A program made the translations under genes and the position numbers. From Longimicrobiales bacterium (GTDB taxonomy: Bacteria; Gemmatimonadota; Gemmatimonadetes; Longimicrobiales; Gaopeijiaceae): a stretch of 64,000 nt of DNA. Shown here one piece after another: positions 1-10,699 of this stretch. Below the pieces are notes generated by a model. The model searched no databases. It was not told where the DNA came from and saw only the letters and a program-made list of their open reading frames with translations. The DNA is taken from NCBI GenBank assembly GCA_965204735.1, contig OZ242008.1, forward strand, positions 1,888,001 to 1,952,000, written 5' to 3'. Each line of letters begins with the position of its first letter. Position 1 is the stretch's first letter.

Positions 1-360
1 AGCTGGCGGGAGCTGGAGGGGACGGTCGGCCCCTCGGGCCGGAGCTCCGACGACGCTCGGGCGCTCGTCCTCGAGGCCCGCCGGCGACAGGCTGCGCGCT
101 GGGGCGGCGCCGGGGCCGAGAACGGGAGTCCGGCGAACGCGCAGCTCCCTGCCCGCGACCTGATGGCCGCTTGTCCCTTGACGCCCGAGGCTTCCCAGCT
201 CGTCGACGAGGGCGTCGGCAAGTTCCGCCTCTCGGCCCGGGCGGTCCACCGCACTCTGCGGGTGGCCAGGACGATCGCCGACTTGGCCGGCGAAGAGCGG
301 CTGGACGTGCGGACGGTGGCGGAAGCCCTGCGGTTGCGAGTGGGGTTTCGTCCGGGTTAG
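1..360 (+). CDS. comM: C-terminal part of YifB/ComM Mg-chelatase-like AAA ATPase (5' truncated by window)
   Basis: Open frame from base 1; ends with the typical LSARAVHRTLRVARTIADL motif. Confidence 0.85.
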   Translation, partial: SWRELEGTVGPSGRSSDDARALVLEARRRQAARWGGAGAENGSPANAQLPARDLMAACPLTPEASQLVDEGVGKFRLSARAVHRTLRVARTIADLAGEERLDVRTVAEALRLRVGFRPG

Positions 361-370
361 CCTCCCGGGC

Positions 371-1588
371 ATGGAGCACTACATGGACTACGCGGCCACC
401 TCGGCAGTGCGCCCTCCCGAGGTCGTGGACGCAGTCGCCGACTTCTTGCGGGGCGTGGGCTGCACCCCGGGGCGCGGCGGACACTCGGGGGCGGTGGAGG
501 CCGCCAGGATCGCCTTCCGGTGCCGCCGAGCAGTCGCCCGGACGCTGGCCCTCCCCGGCGACCCGGGGCGGGTCGCCTTCGCGCACAACGCCACTCACGC
601 ACTCAACACGGCGCTCCATGGCCTCCTGGGGCCCGGCGACGTCCTCGTCGTCACCCAGTACGACCACAACGCCGTGCTGCGTCCCGCCCACTACCTGGCC
701 AGGACCCGAGGCGTCGAGGTAAGGACGATTCCCGGCGACCCCGACGGCGGCGTGGAGATGGACGCCGCCGCCCGCCTGCTGGACGGCGCCGCGGCGCTGA
801 CGGTCAATGCGGCGTCCAACGTGCTGGGCACCACGGCGCCGCTGAAGCCTCTCGCGCGGCTGGCCCGCGCGGCAGGCGCCGTCGTGATCGCCGACGCCGC
901 CCAGAGCGCCGGCCACGTCGAGGCCGAGTTCGCGACGGCGGGCGCCGACGTCGTCGCCTTCACGGGGCACAAGGGCTTGCTGGGCCCCCAGGGCACCGGA
1001 GGACTGTGGGTGCGCGAGGAGGTCCAGGTCGCCCCCTTCTGCGTCGGCGGCACGGGAGGCGACTCCAGGCGCCGGGAGATGCCGTCCACCATGCCCGACC
1101 GGCTGGAGGCCGGAACCGGGAATGCGCCGGGCTTGGCGGGCCTCCTGGCCGGGTGCCGCTTCCTCGCTCGCGAGGGCGTGGCGAAGGTGCACGCCCGCGA
1201 GATGGCCCTGAAGGCCCGCCTCCGGGACGGCCTGGCGTCGGTGCGCGGGCTCGACGTGCTTTCTCCTCCAGCGCCGCAGGGAGTGCCGGTCGTGACGGTG
1301 CGTTCCCGACGCATCGACGCCGCGACGTTGGCCGAGCGCCTCGACCGGGAGCACGGCGTCCAGACCCGAGCCGGGATTCACTGCGCGCCCGAGGTCCACG
1401 CCATGCTGGGCACTTCCGACGAAGGCGCCGTGCGCTTCTCCCTGGGGTGGGCGTCGTCGGAGGAAGACGTGGCGGCCGCGGTGCAGGGCGTGGACGCCAC
1501 GCTGCGCCCGACCGCCGTGCCCGTCGGGGCCGATCTGGCGCCGTCGTCCCCGCCGGTCGCCGCCCCGCCCTCCGAGGCGGCGCGGTAG
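371..1588 (+). CDS. Aminotransferase class V / cysteine desulfurase family protein
   Basis: YMDYAATS, PLP-lysine motif FTGHKGLLGPQGTG, RAGIHCAP catalytic Cys, VRFSLG. Confidence 0.9.
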   Translation: MEHYMDYAATSAVRPPEVVDAVADFLRGVGCTPGRGGHSGAVEAARIAFRCRRAVARTLALPGDPGRVAFAHNATHALNTALHGLLGPGDVLVVTQYDHNAVLRPAHYLARTRGVEVRTIPGDPDGGVEMDAAARLLDGAAALTVNAASNVLGTTAPLKPLARLARAAGAVVIADAAQSAGHVEAEFATAGADVVAFTGHKGLLGPQGTGGLWVREEVQVAPFCVGGTGGDSRRREMPSTMPDRLEAGTGNAPGLAGLLAGCRFLAREGVAKVHAREMALKARLRDGLASVRGLDVLSPPAPQGVPVVTVRSRRIDAATLAERLDREHGVQTRAGIHCAPEVHAMLGTSDEGAVRFSLGWASSEEDVAAAVQGVDATLRPTAVPVGADLAPSSPPVAAPPSEAAR

Positions 1589-1599
1589 CGTCGCGAGCC

Positions 1600-2988
1600 A
1601 TGGCGAAGATTCTGGTCGTCGACGACGAAAAGTCGATCCGACGTGCTCTCCAGCAATTCCTGGAGTACGACGGGCACCAGGTGCGCCTCTGCCCCGACGG
1701 CCCCTCCGGGCTCGAGGAACACGCTCGGTTCAGGCCCGACGTCACGCTGCTGGACGTGAAGATGCCGCGGGTCGACGGACTGGAGGCGCTGGAACGGATC
1801 AAGGAGGAAGATCCCGGAGCGGTCGTGATCATGATCTCGGGACACGGCACGATCAGCACGGCGGTGGAGGCGACCAGGAAGGGCGCCTTCGACTTCCTGG
1901 AAAAGCCCCTCAAGACCGCCCGGCTCCATCTGACCCTCCGCAACGCCCTCATGGTCCGAGGCCTTGCGGAGAGCGTGGAGCGGCTCAAGCAGGACGTGGA
2001 GGTCCGCTACGAGATCGTAGGCGGCTCCGAGGCGATCCAGGCGGTGCTGCAACGGATCGAGATGGTGGGCGGCACCCTGGCCCGAGTCCTGGTGACCGGA
2101 GAGAACGGCACGGGAAAGGACCTTGCCGCCCGGGCCCTCCATCGTCTCTCGCCCAGGGCGGAGAAGCCCTTCGTGGACGTGAACTGCGCCGCCATCCCCG
2201 CCAACCTCATCGAGTCCGAGCTCTTCGGCCACGTCCGCGGCGCGTTCACCGGCGCCGTCGCCAGCCGTCCCGGCAAGTTCGAGCAGGCCCACGGCGGCAC
2301 CCTCTTCCTGGACGAGGTGGGCGACATGTCCCTTGCGGCCCAGGCCAAGGTCCTCAAGGCGCTCGAGGGAGGCGCGGTGACGCGGGTGGGGGGAACGCGC
2401 CCCGTGCCCGTGGACGTCCGCGTGGTCTCGGCCACCAACAAGGACCTGGAGGAAGAGGTGGCCCAGGCACGCTTCCGCGAAGACCTCTACTACCGGCTCG
2501 CCGTGGTTCCCATTCGGATGCCCCCTCTGCGCAGCCGCCGCGACGACGTCCCGATGCTGGTGACGCACTTCGTGGACCACCTGAGCCGGACGAGCGGCGT
2601 CCCCCGAAAGCGCTTCGCCCCGGAAGCGATCTCCGCGCTGGAGGGGCAGGAGTGGCCAGGAAACGTCCGGGAGCTCAAGAACACCGTGGAGCGACTGCTG
2701 ATCCTCAGTCCCGGCGAGGCGGTGGAGCGGGCCGACGTGCTCCAGGTGGGGCCGGGCGACGGGGAAGGCAAGGGACTCGCGGAAAGCATCGCGTCGATGG
2801 ACTCCTTCAGGGAGTTCAAGGCGGCGGCGGAGAAGGCGTTCCTCGAGGAGAAGCTGCGCGCCAGCGGGTGGAACGTCTCCGAGACCGCCTCCCGGATGGG
2901 GCTGGCCCGCGGAAACCTCCACCAAAAGATCAAGAAGCACGGGCTGCGGGCTCCCCGCTCGCGGGCTTCCCAGGCGACCGGCCAGTAG
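1600..2988 (+). CDS. Sigma-54-dependent response regulator (NtrC/NtrX family)
   Basis: Receiver ILVVDDE/LLDVKMP; Walker A GENGTGKD; GAFTGA; LFLDEVGD; WPGNVREL; C-terminal Fis-type HTH. Confidence 0.93.
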   Translation: MAKILVVDDEKSIRRALQQFLEYDGHQVRLCPDGPSGLEEHARFRPDVTLLDVKMPRVDGLEALERIKEEDPGAVVIMISGHGTISTAVEATRKGAFDFLEKPLKTARLHLTLRNALMVRGLAESVERLKQDVEVRYEIVGGSEAIQAVLQRIEMVGGTLARVLVTGENGTGKDLAARALHRLSPRAEKPFVDVNCAAIPANLIESELFGHVRGAFTGAVASRPGKFEQAHGGTLFLDEVGDMSLAAQAKVLKALEGGAVTRVGGTRPVPVDVRVVSATNKDLEEEVAQARFREDLYYRLAVVPIRMPPLRSRRDDVPMLVTHFVDHLSRTSGVPRKRFAPEAISALEGQEWPGNVRELKNTVERLLILSPGEAVERADVLQVGPGDGEGKGLAESIASMDSFREFKAAAEKAFLEEKLRASGWNVSETASRMGLARGNLHQKIKKHGLRAPRSRASQATGQ

Positions 2989-3297
2989 AAGCCGGGAGGT
3001 TTCGGCGCGGCCCGCGCGGCGGCGGACCGGGACGCCGACGTCGTGGTGGGTGGCCGGGGCCGTGTTTGGTTGGGTGGCCGGGGTCGTGTCGCGGGCCGCT
3101 CGCCGAGCCTGAGGCCCCGGCCGCCGGTGCGCCCTGCCACCGGTCGGCCACTTCCAGCGAAAGCCTTCCATCGCGAACTTTGGAGCGCCTGCGCGGACGC
3201 GTGCTTCTCGGCTCTTTCTTCGTCGGGGCTCGCGGTGCCTCTGGGCAGGCGTCGATTCCCGCTTCAGCGACGGTTCCCGCTCCAGCGAGGAAGGTGG

Positions 3298-4143
3298 ATG
3301 AGCGCGACTTCCGGCTCCGACTCGGTGTCCTTCAGGCGGTACCTGGACGAGATCCGCCGCTATCCGCTCATCGACCGGGCGGAGGAGGCGCGGCTCGCCG
3401 AGGAGGTCCGAGGGGGAAGCGAGGACGCGCTGGACAAGCTGATCCGCTCCAACCTGCGGTTCGTGGTCAAGGTTGCCAAGAAGTACAGACACCAGGGCGT
3501 CCCGCTTCAGGACCTGGTCAACGAAGGCAACGTGGGGCTGATTCGGGCGGCCCGGAAGTTCGACGAGCGGAAGGGGATCAAGTTCGTCACCTACGCGGTG
3601 TGGTGGATCCGCCAAGCGATCCTCCAGGCCATCGCCGAGCAGAGCCGAATCGTTCGCGTGCCCCTCAACCGCGCCGCGGCGCTCCATCGGATCGGGCAGC
3701 GGAAGTCGTCGTTGCGCCAGGACCTGGGGAGGGAGCCCACGCTGGACGAGCTGGCCGACGGGCTGGACCTTTCGCAGAGCATCCTGGACGCGACGTTGGC
3801 CGTCTCCCAGTCCCATCTCTCGCTGGACGCCCCGGCAGGCCCCGGGGAAGAGCACAGCCTAATGGACTACATGCCCGACCAGCTCTCCCCCCGGCCCGAC
3901 GAGCACGTCTTCGAGAACGCCTTGGCGGAGATGCTGAACTCGGCCCTCTCCACCCTCGACGAGCGACAGGCGCGGGTCCTGCGTCTCTACTACGGCCTCG
4001 ACGACGAGGAGCCCAGGACTCTGGAGGAGATCGGCGCGCTGCTCGGGGTCACCCGGGAGCGCGTCCGCCAGATCAAGGAGAAGGCGCTGGCCCGCCTCCG
4101 TCACCCGACCAGGGCTCGGTTCCTGGAAAGCTACTTTCACTAG
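3298..4143 (+). CDS. RNA polymerase sigma-70 factor, short RpoD/SigA type (no region 1.1)
   Basis: YLDEI, NLRFVV, DLVNEGNVGLIRAARKFD, YAVWWIRQAI, TLEEIG..TRERVRQI. Confidence 0.93.
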   Translation: MSATSGSDSVSFRRYLDEIRRYPLIDRAEEARLAEEVRGGSEDALDKLIRSNLRFVVKVAKKYRHQGVPLQDLVNEGNVGLIRAARKFDERKGIKFVTYAVWWIRQAILQAIAEQSRIVRVPLNRAAALHRIGQRKSSLRQDLGREPTLDELADGLDLSQSILDATLAVSQSHLSLDAPAGPGEEHSLMDYMPDQLSPRPDEHVFENALAEMLNSALSTLDERQARVLRLYYGLDDEEPRTLEEIGALLGVTRERVRQIKEKALARLRHPTRARFLESYFH

Positions 4144-4151
4144 CCGCCGGC

Positions 4152-6011
4152 TGTCGTACCAATTTAGAAATGTCCGGTCTTACCAAGATAGAAATGTCCT
4201 CTTTCGGGCGATGTTCGGCGGGAGTCGAACTCGTGCCCGGGAGAGGAGCGAATGGAGTTGAGCTTGAAGGAGCGGGACCGGATCTCGGTGTTGAGGCAGG
4301 TGAGCGAAGGCGTGCTGGCGGCGGCCGACGGCGCGGCGCGCTTCGGGGTGACGGAGCGTCACTTCCGGCGCGTGCGCCGCCGGTTCGAGGCGGCGGGCGA
4401 CGAGGTGGTCGTGCACGGGCTCCGGGGTCGGAGGTCGAACCGGTCGCTGCCGTCGGAGACGCGGGAGCAGGTGCTGGTCATGGCCAGGGACCCCGACTAC
4501 GCCGACTTCGGCGCCACGTTTCTGGCGGAGCACGTCGAGCGGGAGCTGGGCGTGCGCGTCAGCGCGGAGACGCTGCGGGCATGGCGGAAGGGCGCGGGCT
4601 TGTGGCAGCGCAAGCGCAAGCGGGCGAAGCACCGGCGCCGACGGCCGCGTCGCGCCGCGCGGGGCGAGCTGCTCCAGTGGGACAGCTCGGTTCACGCCTG
4701 GCTTGAAGACCGGGGGCCGCCCGACCTCGTGCTGATCGCGCTGCACGACGACGCGACGAGCGGGTTCATGCACGGTCGCTTCGTCGAGCGCGACACGGGC
4801 GCCGCGAATCGGCGAGCGATCGTCGAGTGCCTCGAACGCCACGGACGGCCGAGGGCGGTATACGTGGACCACGCGGGCCACTTCGGGCAGCGCCTCGGCC
4901 CGGAGGGCAAGCGGACCCGGACGATCATCGGCACGGCGCTGGAGAAGCTGGGCGTCGAGGTGATCCTGGCGAACTCGCCGCAGGCGAAGGGCCGGGTCGA
5001 GCGGACGTTCGGCACGGCGCAGGACCGGCTGGTCAAAGAGATGCGCTTGGCGCGAGTCACCACGCTCGAGGCGGCGAACCGCTACTTGGAGGAGCGGTGG
5101 GTTCCGTTCTGGAACGAACGCTTCACGGTGGCGCCGGCCGATCCCCTCGACGCCCATCGCCCGCTGCCTCAGGACATCGATCTGGAAGCCCTCTTCGCCG
5201 AGACGGACACGCGGGTCGTGGCCCGCGACTTCACCGTGCGCTTCGAGAACCGCTTCTGGCAGGTCACGGCCCGCGACGCCGAGGCGGCCGGCGTCGCGCC
5301 GGGCTCCCCCGTCGTCGTCGAACGGCGCCTCTCGGGCGAGCTGCGCTTCCGGCATCGCGGCTGCTACCTGACGCCCAAGGCCTTGGGGGCGGTCCGGTCG
5401 GCGACGCCCAAGCCGGCGCCGGCGCCCGCGACGGCCAAGCCCAGGCCCAAGCCGCCGAAGCCGGGAAGGGATCACCCGTGGCGCAAGCACTTCAGCGCCA
5501 GCGTGGCCCAGGCCGTGGCCAAGCGGGAACACCGCGCCGCCCACTCCAACGGGACCGGTCCCGAGCGGTGCAGGACCTCGTCCTGAGCCCGCAGGCGGGG
5601 ACGGCGGCTCGCACCCCCCTTCCCGCAAAGGTCGGACGCGACCGCAGTGTCGGCATCCGTGCCTCCGAGGCTTGCCGGCGCTGCGCAGGTCGCTCGGCGC
5701 ACCACGACCGTCCGAGCTGGCAGGCTCAGTGCGAACTGCGAGCCATCGGGGCAGCAGTGTCCGGACCCGTCCGCGTTGGCGTCCACCCGGCCAGAGCTTG
5801 GCCACGGCGACGACCTCGACTCGCCCGGCCGCCACTGGCCTTGAAGCGCCCGGAACAGGGCGCCCGGCGCCGTCCAGCCCAGGCTTGCTGGATCCGCGTG
5901 TCCTGCGCCCGACACCTGGCCCCCGGCCTCAGGAAGAACCCACCGTCCACACCATCAGGGGGGACATTTCTACTTTGGCCAACTACCGGACATTTCTACT
6001 TTGGCTTGACA
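4152..6011 (+). mobile_element. Complete IS1202-family (ISNCY) insertion sequence
   Basis: Ends TGT...ACA; imperfect ~48-bp IRs, each with two TAGAAATGTCC subrepeats; exact 16-bp target duplication TTCACTAGCCGCCGGC at 4136-4151 and 6012-6027. Confidence 0.92.
4252..5586 (+). CDS. ISNCY/IS1202-family DDE transposase
   Basis: N-terminal HTH; GELLQWDSSVHAW, LHDDAT, YVDHAGHF, SPQAKGRVER..QDRL; C-terminal DHPWR motif. Confidence 0.93.
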   Translation: MELSLKERDRISVLRQVSEGVLAAADGAARFGVTERHFRRVRRRFEAAGDEVVVHGLRGRRSNRSLPSETREQVLVMARDPDYADFGATFLAEHVERELGVRVSAETLRAWRKGAGLWQRKRKRAKHRRRRPRRAARGELLQWDSSVHAWLEDRGPPDLVLIALHDDATSGFMHGRFVERDTGAANRRAIVECLERHGRPRAVYVDHAGHFGQRLGPEGKRTRTIIGTALEKLGVEVILANSPQAKGRVERTFGTAQDRLVKEMRLARVTTLEAANRYLEERWVPFWNERFTVAPADPLDAHRPLPQDIDLEALFAETDTRVVARDFTVRFENRFWQVTARDAEAAGVAPGSPVVVERRLSGELRFRHRGCYLTPKALGAVRSATPKPAPAPATAKPRPKPPKPGRDHPWRKHFSASVAQAVAKREHRAAHSNGTGPERCRTSS

Positions 6012-6029
6012 TTCACTAGCCGCCGGCCG

Positions 6030-6059
6030 TTGACATCGTCCCGATCCGTGGAGTATTAT
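6030..6059 (+). promoter_or_regulatory. Sigma-70 promoter of the rplM-rpsI operon
   Basis: TTGACA (6030-6035), 18-bp spacer, TATTAT (6054-6059), ~100 bp upstream of rplM. Confidence 0.7.
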
Positions 6060-6163
6060 TCCAGGCTTTGGACCTTCAGGCCGATTCCTGGAGAACGCGC
6101 GTCCGCAGACGCCGGACGCCGGCTGCAGGGACGGCAAGCCAAGACGCCGAGAACGGGACGACA

Positions 6164-6613
6164 GTGAACAGAACCTTCACGCCGCGAGAAGGGGACATCC
6201 GCCGGAGCTGGTGGGTCGTCGACGCCGAAGGGAAGCCTCTGGGCCGGCTGGCCACCGAGGTCGCCCGGGTGCTGCGAGGCAAGCACAAGACGATCTACAC
6301 GCCGCACCTGGACACTGGCGACCACGTGATCGTGGTCAACGCCGCCAAGGTCGGACTTACCGGTCGAAAGGCGGAGCAGAAGACCTACTTCCGCCACTCG
6401 GGCTACATGGGCGGAGAGAAGCACATTCCCTTCCGCAAGATGCTGGAGCGGTTCCCCGACCGGGTGATCGAGCTGGCCGTCCGGGGGATGCTCCCCAAGA
6501 ACAAGCTGGGCCGAAGGATGCGTCGAAAGCTCCGAGTGTACGCCGGACCGACCCACCCGCACCAAGCCCAGAACCCCCGAGCGCTGGAGATCCGCGCCGG
6601 GCGCGCGTCGTGA
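6164..6613 (+). CDS. rplM: 50S ribosomal protein L13
   Basis: [37 protein letters not shown] start inferred. Confidence 0.97.
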   Translation: MNRTFTPREGDIRRSWWVVDAEGKPLGRLATEVARVLRGKHKTIYTPHLDTGDHVIVVNAAKVGLTGRKAEQKTYFRHSGYMGGEKHIPFRKMLERFPDRVIELAVRGMLPKNKLGRRMRRKLRVYAGPTHPHQAQNPRALEIRAGRAS

Positions 6614-7005
6614 GCGCTTCGCAGTCGTGCCGGGCAGTCGGTCGGAGGAAGACCAGCGTCGCGCGCGTCAGCCTTCGCCCGGGCACCGGGAAGTGGAAGG
6701 TGAACGGTCGGGGCCTCGACGACTACTTCCCGCGACCGGCCCACCGGACGCGGGTCGAGGACCCGATGCGGGCGGCCGACGCCGAAGGCCGCTTCGACGT
6801 GGAGGTTCGCGTTCGGGGCGGGGGCCTGACGGGCCAAGCCGACGCGATCCGGCTGGGGGTGGCCCGAGCCCTGGCGGCCGACGACGCAGAAGCGCGCAGG
6901 CCCTTGCGGGAGAGCGGGATGCTCACCCGGGACGCCCGCAAGGTGGAGCGCAAGAAGCCCGGGCGTCCCAAGGCGCGCAAGCGCTTCCAGTTCAGCAAGC
7001 GATAG
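6610..7005 (+). CDS. rpsI: 30S ribosomal protein S9
   Basis: [43 protein letters not shown]. Confidence 0.97.
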   Translation: MSASQSCRAVGRRKTSVARVSLRPGTGKWKVNGRGLDDYFPRPAHRTRVEDPMRAADAEGRFDVEVRVRGGGLTGQADAIRLGVARALAADDAEARRPLRESGMLTRDARKVERKKPGRPKARKRFQFSKR

Positions 7006-7015
7006 GCGTCGACCC

Positions 7016-7909
7016 ATGGAACAAGCCGCCCCAGCCGTGGGGTTGAACGAACTCATCGAGGCCGGGGTCCACTTCGGTCATCAGACCAGGCGTTGGAATC
7101 CGAAGATGCGCCCGTACATCTTCGGCGAACGCAACGGCATCCACATCATCGATCTCCGCAAGACGCTCGATCGCCTCGAGGCCGCCCAGGAGGCGTTGCG
7201 CCGCGTCGTCCTCAAGGGCGAACGAGTGCTCTTCCTCTCCACCAAGCGGGCGCTCAGGACGGTGATCGAGGAAGAGGCGGCCCGGTGCGGCGCCCTCTAC
7301 GTCACGGAGCGCTGGTTGGGCGGAATGCTCACCAACTTCCAGACGATCCGCCGCCAGATCCGTCGAATGAAGGAGCTGGAGCGAGGCCAGGAAGAGAACG
7401 CCTTCGAGTTCTACACCAAGAAGGAGCGTCTCCTCCTGGAGCGGGAGCGCATGAAGCTGGAGAAGTACTTCCAGGGCGTGCGCGACATGGCCCGCCTTCC
7501 CGGCGCCGTCTTCGTGGTGGACGCGAAGCGGGAGATCATCGGGGTGCGCGAGGCGCACAGGCTCGGGATTCCAGTGGTCGCGATCGCGGACACGAACGTG
7601 GACCCCGAGCTCATCGACTACCCCGTCCCCGGCAACGACGACGCCATCCGCTCCGTCAGCCTGATCGTGGGCGCGATCGCCGACGCCGTTCAGGGCGCGC
7701 GTCGCCAGGTGCCCGACGAGCAGCGCAAGCGCCAAGTCGAGATGGAGGCGACCACGTACTCCACCGAGACCGGCGAGAAGTCCGCGGACGGGCGGGAGCC
7801 GCGCCGCCGCCGGCCGCCGAAGAGGCGGCGGCCCAGGCCGGGCGCCGTCGGTCGGTCGAAGGGTCCGGGGTCGAAGGGTCCGGGGGGCGGCGCCAAGGCC
7901 GGCGGCTAG
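7016..7909 (+). CDS. rpsB: 30S ribosomal protein S2
   Basis: [42 protein letters not shown]. Confidence 0.98.
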   Translation: MEQAAPAVGLNELIEAGVHFGHQTRRWNPKMRPYIFGERNGIHIIDLRKTLDRLEAAQEALRRVVLKGERVLFLSTKRALRTVIEEEAARCGALYVTERWLGGMLTNFQTIRRQIRRMKELERGQEENAFEFYTKKERLLLERERMKLEKYFQGVRDMARLPGAVFVVDAKREIIGVREAHRLGIPVVAIADTNVDPELIDYPVPGNDDAIRSVSLIVGAIADAVQGARRQVPDEQRKRQVEMEATTYSTETGEKSADGREPRRRRPPKRRRPRPGAVGRSKGPGSKGPGGGAKAGG

Positions 7910-7926
7910 AGGGGACGGAAACGACG

Positions 7927-8520
7927 ATGCAGATCGGCGCGCGGCTGGTGAAGGAGCTTCGCGACCGCACGGGCGCGGGAATGATGGAGTGCAAGAAGGC
8001 GTTGCAGCAGACCGGCGGCGACGTCGAGGCGGCGATCGACCTGTTGCGCAGCAAGGGCGCGGCCAAGGCCGCCAAGCGTGCCGGCAAGGCCGCCAACGAG
8101 GGGGTCGTGGCCAGCTACGTCCACCACGGCGGGCGGATCGGCGTCCTGCTGGAGCTCAACTGCGAGACCGACTTCGTGGCCGCCACCGAGGAGTTCCAGC
8201 GCTTGGCCAGGGACTTGGCCATGCACGTGGCCGCCGCCGACCCCGTGGCCGTCGACGCGTCGGGACTGGACCCGGCGCTCGTGGAGCGGGAACGCGCCGT
8301 CTACCTGGAGCAGGTGGCGCAGGAGGGAAAGCCGGACCACGTCCGAGACCGGATCGTGGAGGGCAAGCTTGCCAAGTTCCGCAGGGAAAGGGTCCTGCTG
8401 GAGCAGGCGTACGTGCGGGACCCGGACCGGACCGTGCGGGATCTGGTCACCGGCGTCTCGGCCAAGACCGGGGAAAAGATACAGGTCGGCCGCTTCGCCC
8501 GCTTCCAGATCGGCGCATAG
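7927..8520 (+). CDS. tsf: Translation elongation factor Ts (short form)
   Basis: [29 protein letters not shown]. Confidence 0.97.
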   Translation: MQIGARLVKELRDRTGAGMMECKKALQQTGGDVEAAIDLLRSKGAAKAAKRAGKAANEGVVASYVHHGGRIGVLLELNCETDFVAATEEFQRLARDLAMHVAAADPVAVDASGLDPALVERERAVYLEQVAQEGKPDHVRDRIVEGKLAKFRRERVLLEQAYVRDPDRTVRDLVTGVSAKTGEKIQVGRFARFQIGA

Positions 8521-8552
8521 CCTCTCGTCCGGCCGTGAACTCCCGTCCGGCC

Positions 8553-9269
8553 GTGAAGAGGAGCGCCGGCTACAGCCGAGTCCTTCTCAAGTTGTCCGGC
8601 GAAGCCCTTTCGGGGGAGCGGGGCTACGGCGTGGACCCGCACGTCGTCGACGGAATCACCGACGAGGTGCGGGCCATCCACGACCTGGGCGTGTCCCTCG
8701 GGCTGGTGATCGGCGGCGGGAACATCGTGCGCGGCGCGGTCGCGAGCAGGGAGGGGGTGGACCGGGTCTCGGCGGACTACATGGGGATGCTCGCCACGAT
8801 CGTCAACGCCTTGGCGGTTCAGGACCTGCTCGAGCGAAAGGGCGTGGACACCCGGGTGATGACGGCGATCCGGATGGAGCAGGTGGCCGAGCCCTACATC
8901 CGCCGTCGAGCGATCCGCCACCTGGAGAAGGGCAGGGTCGTGATCTTCGCCGGCGGCACGGGCAACCCCTACTTTTCCACCGACACGGCGGCAGTTCTGC
9001 GCGCCATGGAGATCGACGCCGACGTGGTGATCAAGGCCACGAAGGTCATGGGGGTGTACACCGCCGACCCCTCCACGGACCCGGCGGCCGAGTTCATCTC
9101 CGACATCTCCTTTCGGGAGGTGGTGTCCCGCGACCTGCGCGTCATGGATGCGGCCGCCGTCTCCCTTTGCCGGGAGAACGACCTGCCCATCATCGTGCTG
9201 TCCCTGGAAGACCAGGGCGCAGTGCGAAGCGCAATCCACGGAGACCGGATCGGCACGCTGGTGTCCTGA
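8553..9269 (+). CDS. pyrH: UMP kinase
   Basis: [38 protein letters not shown]; start uncertain (8535 or 8553). Confidence 0.96.
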   Translation: MKRSAGYSRVLLKLSGEALSGERGYGVDPHVVDGITDEVRAIHDLGVSLGLVIGGGNIVRGAVASREGVDRVSADYMGMLATIVNALAVQDLLERKGVDTRVMTAIRMEQVAEPYIRRRAIRHLEKGRVVIFAGGTGNPYFSTDTAAVLRAMEIDADVVIKATKVMGVYTADPSTDPAAEFISDISFREVVSRDLRVMDAAAVSLCRENDLPIIVLSLEDQGAVRSAIHGDRIGTLVS

Positions 9270-9316
9270 TCCCCGTCCGCAGAAGAGGGGCGGATCGGCC
9301 CCGGGAAGGAAGCAAG

Positions 9317-9868
9317 GTGCGCTTGCCCGAAGACGCCAAGAACAGAATGGAAGACGCGCTGGACGCGGTGCGCCGGGAGTTCGCGACGGTGCGGACCGGC
9401 AAGGCGACCCCGGCGATCCTCGACTCGGTCCGGGTGCCCGCCTACGGCGGCCAGATGCCTCTCGACCAAGTGGCCACGATCACCGCCCCGGATCCCTCGC
9501 TCCTTGTGGTCCAGCCCTTCGACCCCTCGCTGCTCGAGGCGGTGGAGAAGGCCGTGCGCGCCTCGGGACTCGGCCTCAACCCCTCCAACGACGGGTCGCT
9601 GGTTCGAGTGCCCATCCCGTCCCTGACGGAAGATCGGCGCAAGGAGTACGCCCGCCTCCTCCACAAGCTCGCGGAAGACGGCCGAGTCTCGGTCCGCCAC
9701 GCCCGCCACGCGGCCAACGACGAGATCAAGGCGCGGCTCCGGGACCACGAGATCGGCGAGGACGAGGCGATGAGGCTGCGCAACCAAGTCCAGAAGCTCA
9801 CCGACGAATACGGCAAGAAGATCGCTCTCCTCCTGGAGGCGAAGGAGAGGGAGGTAATGGCGATCTGA
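9317..9868 (+). CDS. frr: Ribosome recycling factor
   Basis: VRTGKATPAILD; LGLNPSNDG; IPSLTEDRRKE. Confidence 0.96.
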   Translation: MRLPEDAKNRMEDALDAVRREFATVRTGKATPAILDSVRVPAYGGQMPLDQVATITAPDPSLLVVQPFDPSLLEAVEKAVRASGLGLNPSNDGSLVRVPIPSLTEDRRKEYARLLHKLAEDGRVSVRHARHAANDEIKARLRDHEIGEDEAMRLRNQVQKLTDEYGKKIALLLEAKEREVMAI

Positions 9869-9904
9869 AGAAGCTCGCGACCACCTCGCCTTCTCGGTTC
9901 AGCG

Positions 9905-10666
9905 ATGCCTGACGGGCCGCCGGACCACTCCGGCCCTCTGGACGGCATCCGAGTGGGCGGCCGCGTGCCGCGCCACGTGGCGGTCATCATGGACGGCAAC
10001 GGTCGCTGGGCGAGGGCGCGGGGTCTTCCGAGGCACGCCGGGCACCACGAGGGAATGAAGGCGGTTCGGGAATCCGTGACTGCGGCCTTGGCCGCGGGCG
10101 TCGACATCTTGACCCTCTACGCCTTCTCGACCGAGAACTGGAAGCGCCCCAAGACCGAAGTCGCGGCGCTCATGGGCGTCCTTCAGATGTACGTCGAGAA
10201 GGAGCGTCGCGCCCTGGCCCGAGAGGGCGTCGAGGTGCGGGTCCTGGGAGAGACCGAGCGCCTGGACGCCCTCTCCCGCAGGGCCGTGCGCCGGATCGAG
10301 GAGACGACCCGCGGCGGCCGCGAGCTGCGGCTCAACCTGATGATCTCGTACGGAGGGAGGGAAGAGATCGTCCGCGCCGCGCGCAACTTGGCGGCGGAGG
10401 CGCGGGCCGGACGGCTCGCGCCCGAGTCCGTGGACGCCTCCCGCTTCTCCGCCGCCCTCTTCACCAAAGGCCTTCCGGACCCGGATCTCCTGATCCGCAC
10501 TTCCGGCGAACTTCGGATAAGCAACTTCATGTTGTGGCAAGTGGCCTACACCGAGCTCCACATCTCGCCCGTGCTCTGGCCCGACTTCACCCGAGAAGAC
10601 TTCTACGGGGCCTTGCTCGACTACCAGCGCCGCGACCGCCGCTTCGGCACGGTCACGACGGCGTGA
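9905..10666 (+). CDS. uppS: Undecaprenyl diphosphate synthase
   Basis: HVAVIMDGNGRWA; YAFSTENWKRP; DLLIRTSGELRISNFMLWQ. Confidence 0.97.
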   Translation: MPDGPPDHSGPLDGIRVGGRVPRHVAVIMDGNGRWARARGLPRHAGHHEGMKAVRESVTAALAAGVDILTLYAFSTENWKRPKTEVAALMGVLQMYVEKERRALAREGVEVRVLGETERLDALSRRAVRRIEETTRGGRELRLNLMISYGGREEIVRAARNLAAEARAGRLAPESVDASRFSAALFTKGLPDPDLLIRTSGELRISNFMLWQVAYTELHISPVLWPDFTREDFYGALLDYQRRDRRFGTVTTA

Positions 10667-10699
10667 GCCCGCCGCTTCGGCGTCGCCAATCGTCGGCCG

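Noticed and set aside
6006..6035. Outward TTGACA in the IS right end forming a hybrid promoter
   Set aside because: No -10 hexamer 16-18 bp downstream; the native TTGACA at 6030 already pairs with TATTAT
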